16,198 nt of DNA from Gemmatimonadota bacterium (GTDB taxonomy: Bacteria; Gemmatimonadota; Gemmatimonadetes; Gemmatimonadales; Gemmatimonadaceae), in NCBI GenBank assembly GCA_031372565.1, contig JANMLN010000041.1:1-16198 (forward strand). The letters are read 5' to 3'. Position numbers and translations under genes: made by a program. Positions within the stretch are counted from its first letter, which is position 1. Each line of letters opens with the position of its first letter. Of the stretch, positions 8,225 through 15,137 are shown in pieces. The notes below the pieces were generated by a model. The model did not search any database, had not been told where the DNA came from, and saw only the letters and a list, made by a program, of their open reading frames with translations.

Positions 8225-9120
8225 GCGTCCGGCCGCCGCACCAACTCGAACGTAAATAGCCATGCCATCAACTGCACGAATGGCACCTTGGCAATCACGC
8301 CATCGAGCGAGTCGAGAAAGCGGAACGCGGCCGGGCGGATCGTGGCAGGCGTGAACGTGCCGGCAGGGCTCAGGAAGTGCCAGTACTTCACCTGCTCTAC
8401 GGCAAAGAAGCGGCCCAGGAAGCGAACGTCCGCGAGCGAGAGGATGTGGTCCTTCTCCCAAGTCGTACGCAGCTCAGTCGTGTGCTGGCGGTACCAGGTA
8501 ATCACGGGATTGTAATCCAGCGCTTCGGCGGCCAATGCGCGTCCGCCGGGACGGAGGATGCGCCGCATCTCCGGGGCCGCGTATGAAAGGTCGAGATGGT
8601 GCAGCATCCCGGCGCAGATCATCGTGTCGATCGACGCGTCGGGAAGTCCCGTGTGCTCACAATCCCCCTGATAGAAAACACAGCGATCGCCCACGCCGGC
8701 GTGATCGGCGAAGCGTCGGGCGGCGGCCACCGATTCGCCGCTGATGTCGACGCCGATGGCCAGGGCGGCACCCGCCTTGGCTGCCTCGATGGTGTAGGCG
8801 CCGACACCGCACGCATAATCCATCACGACCTTTCCGGACGAGTTGCGTCGCAGCCAGTCATGGATGTAGTCGCGCGAGCGATCCGTGGCGGCGTAATACT
8901 TCTGGTTCGGCACCTCTTCACGCAGCTTACGCTCGAATTCAGCGAAGTCGGCCTCGGACCTGTCCACGATTGAACGCACCTGGTCGTGGAACTCCAGTTC
9001 CTCGCGCTTACGCTCCTCGAGCGAAGCAGCCCATCCGGCATCTGCGCGCTGGCCCAGTTCCTGGACGATGCGACGCAGTTCCTCGACGCTGGTTTCCCGG
9101 TGGCTCTCGATCGCGGTCAC
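8221..9120 (-). CDS. Class I SAM-dependent methyltransferase
   Basis: 299 aa. Motif I VMDYACGVG, GVDISGES, QGDCEHTGLPDASIDTMICAGMLHHLD, RRILRPGG. GTG start preceded by GAGG (minus strand gcGAGGtaacGTG). Confidence 0.9.
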   Translation of the reverse strand: MTAIESHRETSVEELRRIVQELGQRADAGWAASLEERKREELEFHDQVRSIVDRSEADFAEFERKLREEVPNQKYYAATDRSRDYIHDWLRRNSSGKVVMDYACGVGAYTIEAAKAGAALAIGVDISGESVAAARRFADHAGVGDRCVFYQGDCEHTGLPDASIDTMICAGMLHHLDLSYAAPEMRRILRPGGRALAAEALDYNPVITWYRQHTTELRTTWEKDHILSLADVRFLGRFFAVEQVKYWHFLSPAGTFTPATIRPAAFRFLDSLDGVIAKVPFVQLMAWLFTFELVRRPDA

Positions 9121-9271
9121 GTTACCTCGCGTCCCCTGCTGAAGAAGGCTGCGTGCTACATTCTCGGCGAAGCCTGAATTTTAACCCGCCCACACCGCAA
9201 ATGCCATCAAACACGCTGTGCACCGAGCGCCGCTACGTGACGGAGTGCGTTCAGCGGTGACTTTCGCAGGC
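9121..9271. promoter_or_regulatory. Divergent promoter region
   Basis: 151-nt, relatively AT-rich gap between divergent genes. Minus-strand sigma70-like ATGGCA (9207-9202)-18 nt-TAAAAT (9183-9178). Plus-strand extended -10-like TG-c-TACATT (9154-9162). Confidence 0.5.
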
Positions 9272-10549
9272 ATGGCGGGCTCGATTCGGGGGTATGGTCG
9301 GCGCGCCGCAAGCGCTGGCCTCCCCGCCATGGTGCTCGCGACCTTCGCGGTGCAAGGCGTGACCTACGCCGTGCAATTGGCACTCGCCCCCCTGCTTGGG
9401 CCGATCCAGTTCGGCCTGGTGAGGGCTGCGGAAGCCGTCGCGGCGTCTGGAGCGCTTGTTGCGGCAGCGGGGATGCCCGCGCTCATGATGCGCTACGTGG
9501 CCGAACGCTCCGATGCGGGCTGGCGCCGGTATGTCGCAGGTGCAGTCTTGCGGGTCGCGGCAATCGGGGGGAGCCTGACCGCAGCGGTACTACTGCTGCT
9601 TGCGCCGTGGCTGACCGCGCCAGAAATGGTCCCGTACGTCAGATGGCTGGCGATCTCGGTGGCGGTCACGGCTGTCTCCCGGTCGGGTGTGACCTACTTT
9701 TTCGGCGCCGGGATTCCGCAGCGGGTCCCGCGCATCACGATACCGCTCGCCGTCCTGACGGCCCTGTTCGTCATAAGCGGAGCGGCCTCATTCGGCCTCT
9801 ACGGGTGGGTCGCAGGCCGCGTGCTTGCGGACCTCGTGATGGTCGTCGTCGTCACGCGCGCGGTCATCGCGGCCGCAGGTCCGGCGGCGTCGAGGGATCA
9901 CGACGCGCGACTCAGCACCACGTCGCTCGCGCGCAGCGGTGTGCCGCTCGCGCTTTCGCTGGTCGCGCGCACCACGATGGACAACGCCTCTGTTCTGGTG
10001 CTCGCGCGAGAGGCAAGTGATCCGCAGTCTCTCGGCGTCGTGGGGCTCGTGTCGCTCGCGTCCTCCGCGCTGCTCGTGATTCCCTCCGGCGTCGTCACTC
10101 TTGGCCTCCCGCGCATGGTCCAGAGGGCCGGGACGTCGCGCACGGAGCTGTCGCGGTACCTCAACCGCCTGGTGATGCTCGCGACGGCCTTGACGCTCGT
10201 CCCTGCCCTCGGTCTGGTCTGGATCGGCCAACCGCTCGTTGGCCGTTGGCTTCCTGCGTATGCACCCGGCCTGGAAACGATCGTGTGGCTCGTGCTCACG
10301 ACGGCTCCCCGTGTGGCGTCGTCGCTGGCCGGCACTGCACTGCTCTCCGTGGATCGACCCAACGCTTCCCTCGTGGTAACCACGGCCTCGCTTGGAGTCA
10401 TGGTGCCACTTCAGATCTTCGCGACCCGGACCGCCGGCGTGACTGGTCTCGTTCTGGCCACGTTGGCGGCTGAGTTGGCGAGCGCGCTCGCATTCCTGAT
10501 TGTCGCGCATCGGCTGATCCACGCTGCGCCGCCTCGAAACGGGGCCTGA
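9272..10549 (+). CDS. wzx: Oligosaccharide flippase (Wzx / MOP superfamily)
   Basis: About 425 aa from ATG 9272 (start uncertain; 9218 and 9329 are alternatives). About 12 hydrophobic segments. N-terminal LAPLLGPIQFG...GMPALMMRYVA and mid-protein TMDNASVL...LPRMV follow the Wzx pattern. Confidence 0.82.
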   Translation: MAGSIRGYGRRAASAGLPAMVLATFAVQGVTYAVQLALAPLLGPIQFGLVRAAEAVAASGALVAAAGMPALMMRYVAERSDAGWRRYVAGAVLRVAAIGGSLTAAVLLLLAPWLTAPEMVPYVRWLAISVAVTAVSRSGVTYFFGAGIPQRVPRITIPLAVLTALFVISGAASFGLYGWVAGRVLADLVMVVVVTRAVIAAAGPAASRDHDARLSTTSLARSGVPLALSLVARTTMDNASVLVLAREASDPQSLGVVGLVSLASSALLVIPSGVVTLGLPRMVQRAGTSRTELSRYLNRLVMLATALTLVPALGLVWIGQPLVGRWLPAYAPGLETIVWLVLTTAPRVASSLAGTALLSVDRPNASLVVTTASLGVMVPLQIFATRTAGVTGLVLATLAAELASALAFLIVAHRLIHAAPPRNGA

Positions 10550-10590
10550 TCGGCCCCGGACGCTCTTTCGCCCCATCCGCCTTCCGCCCT

Positions 10591-11577
10591 GTGCGCCTTT
10601 CGTTCTTCGCTCGCGTGGCCGACCGCAGCACGCTTGATCGCGTGCAGTTCTACGCTCAGGACATCGCGATCCTCCGGCGCCTCGGGCACCGCGTGGACGT
10701 CGCGATCCGCGCGCATGAACTGCGACCGGCCGATTTGTATTTCGTCTGGTGGTGGACTTGGGCCTTCCAGCCAATGGGCCTGGCCGCGCTCCTGCGCCGT
10801 CCCGTCGTCATCACCGGTGTGTTCGACGAGTGGGCGTTTGACGCTCGCCCGGCCCCGCACCGGTGGCTCATGCGACAGGCGCTTCGCCACGCTGACGCGA
10901 ATGTCTTCATCTCCGAGATGGAGCGCGACATCGTCTCCAGTCGGTTCGAGGTGCGCGCACCGAGCTTCATTCCCCTCACCGTGGACACGGCGCGGTATCG
11001 TCCGGACACCGGCGCCCGGGAACCCTTCCTGCTAACGGTCGGCTGGATGACCCAGGGCAATGCCGAGCGTAAAGGCATGTCACTCGTGCTCCGGGCGGCC
11101 GCGCAGTTGCGCGCCCGCCATCCGCAGCTTCGCGTGGTCCTCGCCGGTAAAGCGGGAGACGGCCTGCCCGCGCTTGAGGCTCTCGCCGCTGAGCTCGGCA
11201 TCGCGGATATCACGAGCTTCCCGGGTGCCGTGAGCGAGGCGGAGAAGGTGCGCCTCATGCAGACATGCACCGCGTATCTGCAGCCGTCGGGTTTCGAGGG
11301 CTTTGGCCTCGCGGCGCTCGAGGCCATGGCCTGCGGCGCGCCAATCGTGGCCAGCACCGGCGGCGCCCTCCCGGAGGTGATTGGAGACGGTGGCATCGCA
11401 ATCGCCGAACCCACGGCGGATACTGTGGCGGAGGCGGTAGAGCGCGTGCTTGCTTCGCCGGATTTCGCGAAGTCGCTGTCCGAGCGCGGCGTCGCCCGGG
11501 CGCGTGACTTGTTCTCACCAGCACGGCGTGCGCGCGAACTTGAGGAAGTGCTCTCGCGGCTCGCACCGTCGCGGTGA
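10591..11577 (+). CDS. Glycosyltransferase family 4 (GT-B, retaining)
   Basis: 328 aa. C-terminal RKGM and the EX7E motif PSGFEGFGLAALEAMACGAPIVAS...GALPEVIGDGG. Confidence 0.92.
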   Translation: MRLSFFARVADRSTLDRVQFYAQDIAILRRLGHRVDVAIRAHELRPADLYFVWWWTWAFQPMGLAALLRRPVVITGVFDEWAFDARPAPHRWLMRQALRHADANVFISEMERDIVSSRFEVRAPSFIPLTVDTARYRPDTGAREPFLLTVGWMTQGNAERKGMSLVLRAAAQLRARHPQLRVVLAGKAGDGLPALEALAAELGIADITSFPGAVSEAEKVRLMQTCTAYLQPSGFEGFGLAALEAMACGAPIVASTGGALPEVIGDGGIAIAEPTADTVAEAVERVLASPDFAKSLSERGVARARDLFSPARRARELEEVLSRLAPSR

Positions 11578-11591
11578 TCGATTCGGCGAGG

Positions 11592-11607
11592 TGTGACCAA
11601 AGTCACA
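11592..11607. promoter_or_regulatory. Perfect CRP-consensus site TGTGA-ccaaag-TCACA
   Basis: 10/10 match to TGTGA-N6-TCACA in the GT4-capD intergenic region. Extended near-palindrome AGGTGTGAC-CAAA-GTCACATCT (11589-11610). A candidate -10 (TACATT) lies at 11666-11671. Confidence 0.65.
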
Positions 11608-11775
11608 TCTACTCGTACGACCGGCAGGATGCATCCGTCGCCTCGCCTCAGGCGTAGTTCAAAGGTACATTCCGCTCTTCAGGCGCTGCCACGCACGACG
11701 CCGTGCGAAGCGAGCAGCGTGGTCGCTCGGGGGGCGGCGATTGCCTTCGTGCTGCCCGAAACTTCGCGCAACTCT

Positions 11776-13755
11776 GTGAACCAGCCCTACTTCCGCAATC
11801 GATACCTGTTGCTGATCGACGCGTGCTTGCTCACGCTGTCGGTGCTGCTTGGGTATGCCCTGCGATTCGAGTCCCTCGAATGGCTGGGACGCGGTGGCGA
11901 TCCGATCTGGTGGTTCCTCGCGCTTTCGGTACCCGCGCGCCTCGGCGTCTATCTCGCCGGCGGACTCTATCGGCGGCTGTGGCGTCATGCGAGCGTCCGC
12001 GAGCTTGAGCAGATCTTTCTCGTCGGCGTATTCGCCGCGGCCACGAGCCTGACGATCGGCGCGTTCCTGCTGCAGCTCTTCGGCCTCAGCATCAACCGCA
12101 TGCCGCTGTCCGTGCTGTTCGTGGACGCGCTCATGTCGATCGGCGTTCCCGCGACGTCTCGCCTGCTCATTCGCATCCGCCTCCTCAGCCGCATGCGGCG
12201 CCTCGCCTCGGGCCAGGAGGCCGCGCGCACCCTCATCGTCGGCGCCGGCAGCACGGGCCAGATGATGGCCAAGGAGATGCAGACGAACGCGAAGCTGCGC
12301 ATGTATCCGGTGGGATACGTGGACGACGACCGGGCGAAGGCGCGGCACGTGATTGCCGGCGTGCCGGTGTTGGGTCCGCTCAGCCAACTCGACGAACTGC
12401 TCCAGCACTCCAAGGCCGAACGCATCATCATCGCCATGCCGAACGCCCCTGGCGCGGTCGTGCGCGAGGTCGTGCGCGTCGCCATGGCGCAGCAGATCGA
12501 GACCCGCACCGTCCCCGGCCTCGCCGAGCTCCTCTCCGGCCGCGCCAACGTCAGCCAGCTCCGCACCGTCGAGATCCAGGACCTCCTCCGTCGCGATCCC
12601 ATCGTCACCGACCTCAAGTCGGTGAGCGCGCTGGCCACGGGGCGGGTCGTGATGGTCACCGGTGCCGGCGGGTCCATCGGCTCCGAACTCTGTCGCCAAC
12701 TCGCGCGCCTCTCGCCCAGCCATCTCGTCCTTCTCGGCCACGGCGAGAACTCGATCTTCGACATCTACCACGAGCTGCGCGATCTCTTCCCGGCCCTGCC
12801 GCTCGTCCCCGTCATTGCCGACATCCGTGATCGCGCGCGCATCGACGAGATCATGCGCGTGCAGAAGCCGCACGCAGTCTTCCACGCCGCGGCGCACAAG
12901 CATGTGCCGCTCATGGAGGAGAACGCGGTCGAGGCGATCACCAACAATGTGCTCGGCACGCGCAACGTGACCGGTGCGGCGGTCGCGGCGGGCGTGCGTC
13001 ACTTCGTGATGATCTCGACCGACAAGGCGGTGCGGCCGACGTCGATCATGGGCGCCAGCAAGCGCATCGCCGAGATGGTCACGCAGTTGGCGGCCACCGA
13101 GGGGCGGAGTTTTGTATCCGTCCGCTTCGGAAACGTGCTCGGCAGCCGGGGCAGCGTCGTACCGACGTTCCTGCGCCAGATTCGTGCCGGAGGGCCGGTG
13201 CGCGTCACGCACCCGGACATGCGGCGCTACTTCATGACGATCCCCGAGGCCGTGCAGTTGGTGCTGCAGGCCGGCGCGACGGGCCAGGGACGCGAGGTCT
13301 TCGTGCTCGACATGGGCGAGCCGGTCAAGATCGCCGAGATCGCAGCGGACCTGATCCGCCTTTCGGGGCTCGAGGTGGGCACGGACATCGAGATCCAGTT
13401 CACCGGCGTCCGCCCGGGCGAGAAGCTCTATGAGGAGATGTTCTTCGATAACGAACATGCCGTGCCAACCGAACATGCCAAGCTGCTGCGCGCCAAGCTG
13501 CCTTCGATGACGGACGGCGTACAGGCCGACATTGAAGCGCTCATCTGCGCGGCCGAGCGGGGCGCCGACGACGCGACGCTGCGTGAACTGATGCGGCGTC
13601 TGGTGCCGGACTTCCAGCCGATGGACCTGGAGCGCATCACGCCGGTCGCGGCGATTCAGGCGATCCCGGCGACGATCGCGAACGGAAGTCCGGCGCACGC
13701 CACCTCCGATGGCAGCCCGAGGCCGGGGTTCCCGGGAGCGGTGGTGCCCGCCTAG
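11776..13755 (+). CDS. capD: Membrane-anchored UDP-GlcNAc 4,6-dehydratase (CapD/WbpM/PglF family polysaccharide biosynthesis protein)
   Basis: Likely start GTG 11776 (VNQPYFRNRYLLLIDACLL), about 659 aa. Four N-terminal TM helices with GLYRRLWRHAS, a CoA-binding-like domain (LIVGAGSTG, GYVDDD) and an SDR domain: EIQDLLRRDP, TGAGGSIGSELCRQL, HAAAHKHVPLME, STDKAVRPTSIMGASKR (Met in place of the catalytic Tyr, as in WbpM/PglF), VRFGNVLGSRGSV, RPGEKLYEE. Confidence 0.95.
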   Translation: MNQPYFRNRYLLLIDACLLTLSVLLGYALRFESLEWLGRGGDPIWWFLALSVPARLGVYLAGGLYRRLWRHASVRELEQIFLVGVFAAATSLTIGAFLLQLFGLSINRMPLSVLFVDALMSIGVPATSRLLIRIRLLSRMRRLASGQEAARTLIVGAGSTGQMMAKEMQTNAKLRMYPVGYVDDDRAKARHVIAGVPVLGPLSQLDELLQHSKAERIIIAMPNAPGAVVREVVRVAMAQQIETRTVPGLAELLSGRANVSQLRTVEIQDLLRRDPIVTDLKSVSALATGRVVMVTGAGGSIGSELCRQLARLSPSHLVLLGHGENSIFDIYHELRDLFPALPLVPVIADIRDRARIDEIMRVQKPHAVFHAAAHKHVPLMEENAVEAITNNVLGTRNVTGAAVAAGVRHFVMISTDKAVRPTSIMGASKRIAEMVTQLAATEGRSFVSVRFGNVLGSRGSVVPTFLRQIRAGGPVRVTHPDMRRYFMTIPEAVQLVLQAGATGQGREVFVLDMGEPVKIAEIAADLIRLSGLEVGTDIEIQFTGVRPGEKLYEEMFFDNEHAVPTEHAKLLRAKLPSMTDGVQADIEALICAAERGADDATLRELMRRLVPDFQPMDLERITPVAAIQAIPATIANGSPAHATSDGSPRPGFPGAVVPA

Positions 13756-13760
13756 CGGGC

Positions 13761-15104
13761 GTGACGCGCGTGCGACGCACACCGGTGAAGCTGCCCACAG
13801 TCCGAGACGGTAATCGCGTCAGCCACGCGCACGCCTGGTTCTGGGTTGCCCTGCTGGTCCTGGCGACGGGCTGTCAGTCGCCGGTGCCGTCCCCCGAGGC
13901 GGACGCAGCCGAACGCGTGCTCGGCATCGGCGCCGGCATGCCGATTCGCGGCTATCTCGTCGAGGACTCGAGCATCTTCCTCGGGCGCGACATGGACGGC
14001 ACGGTGGAACGGCATGCGCTCCCCGACGGCACGATGCGTTGGCGCGCTCGCGTGCCGAACTGGGTCCACAACGCGCCGGCGGTCGTCGGTACTTCCCTGA
14101 TCGTATCGTACGGGGACAACCTCCCCGTCGCCTCGCCTGCCGCCGAGTCACTCCTCATCGTGGGCAGGGACTCCAGCGGGATCGCAGCGTTCGCCCTCGC
14201 GGATGGCACGCTGCGCTGGCAGCACGCGACGCGAGGGGCGGTGATGACGCGGGTCGTGGCCATCGCTGACACGATTCTCGCGGTCACCGGCGGCCGAGCC
14301 CTCCTCGCGCTTGATGCGACCACCGGGAGGGTCTTGTGGGAGCTTGACGTGGGAGGCATCGGGTCGATGGCGACGCCGCTTCTGCATGGTCGCACGGTGG
14401 TGATTGGCCTGAGCAATCCGCAGTCCGTGGCAGCCGTCGATCTTGATCGACGCGCCGTGAGATGGCGCGCGCTGATCGGCGAACACGTTCGTGGTACCGG
14501 AGACGTGACCCCTGCGGTACTCGGGGATACGCTCTTCACGACCGCCACGCAGCTCGTCACGGGGCGCGACTTGCTGAAGCTCGAGTTCGCGCCGTACTGG
14601 TTCCCGAAGCTCTTGATGCGCATCGGCGTGCGGCCGTATCAGAACCTGGCCCGACAGTGGGTCACGGGCGTTTCGCTCGCTGATGGCCGCATCCTCTGGT
14701 CACGTCCCCTCGGAGTCGGCTACCATCGGGAGCTCAATCGGTCGGGCACACCCATCGCCGTGTCCGACGGGATCATCTTCTCGAGCTTCGTGACCAACGA
14801 GGTGTTTCGGCTCGGGACCGGCGGGACCATCCGCTGGACCGCGCGGTTGCCGGGGATCGCAGCGAAGGGCAACAGCTCGATCGCCGGCGACACGGTGACG
14901 GTGGCGCTCGCCGACGGGCGGTTGGTGTCCCTCGAGGCGTCGACCGGTCGGCAGCTCGGGCTCCGTCAATCCGCCGGCAAGGTGGCGTTTTTTGCGCCGC
15001 TTTCCTGTCGCGGCCGACTCTGGTACCCGACCGAGGACGGGCGTATGGTCGCGGTCGGGCCGATCAGCTCGTCACATCCGGACTGTGGCCGCGCGCCACA
15101 GTAG
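13761..15104 (+). CDS. PQQ-like (BamB-type) beta-propeller repeat lipoprotein
   Basis: 447 aa. Hydrophobic signal ending in a lipobox-like WVALLVLATG-C. Repeated Trp-docking motifs: ALPDGTMRW, ALADGTLRW, LDATTGRVLW, DLDRRAVRW, SLADGRILW, GTGGTIRW, LEASTGRQL. Starts 5 nt after the capD stop. Exact start uncertain. Confidence 0.8.
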   Translation: MTRVRRTPVKLPTVRDGNRVSHAHAWFWVALLVLATGCQSPVPSPEADAAERVLGIGAGMPIRGYLVEDSSIFLGRDMDGTVERHALPDGTMRWRARVPNWVHNAPAVVGTSLIVSYGDNLPVASPAAESLLIVGRDSSGIAAFALADGTLRWQHATRGAVMTRVVAIADTILAVTGGRALLALDATTGRVLWELDVGGIGSMATPLLHGRTVVIGLSNPQSVAAVDLDRRAVRWRALIGEHVRGTGDVTPAVLGDTLFTTATQLVTGRDLLKLEFAPYWFPKLLMRIGVRPYQNLARQWVTGVSLADGRILWSRPLGVGYHRELNRSGTPIAVSDGIIFSSFVTNEVFRLGTGGTIRWTARLPGIAAKGNSSIAGDTVTVALADGRLVSLEASTGRQLGLRQSAGKVAFFAPLSCRGRLWYPTEDGRMVAVGPISSSHPDCGRAPQ

Positions 15105-15137
15105 CCGCGCCCAACGACCCGACGGCGACGCGACGTA

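Noticed and set aside
8225..8461. 79-aa N-terminal extension of wzy, likewise 5652-5945 of the SDR and 11593-11775 of capD
   Set aside because: The first two overlap upstream genes and have coupled starts available. The capD extension has no family-like sequence and covers a consensus CRP site.
9193..9206. Sigma54 promoter (TGGCA...TTGC on the minus strand)
   Set aside because: The GG-to-GC spacing is much shorter than the required 10 nt.
6769..11607. The two palindromes as recombination sites of an invertible (phase-variable) cassette
   Set aside because: The arms are only 5-6 bp, the spacers differ (GCAC vs CAAA) with no flanking identity, no recombinase is in the window, and inversion would cut the wzy 3' end.
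11587..11615. Hairpin after the GT4 stop as an intrinsic terminator
   Set aside because: No U-tract follows on either strand, and the exact TGTGA-N6-TCACA geometry favours a protein-binding site. An mRNA-stabilising role cannot be excluded.
11659..13782. 707-aa minus-strand ORF, likewise 5798-7639 (+) and other R/A/P-rich ORFs
   Set aside because: Shadow or alternative-frame ORFs over well-supported genes, with low-complexity composition typical of GC-rich DNA.
13761..15104. Naming the propeller gene bamB or a PQQ dehydrogenase
   Set aside because: Only generic W-motif repeats are recognisable. The neighbouring GTPase is convergent hflX, not der, and no dehydrogenase active-site motifs are evident.
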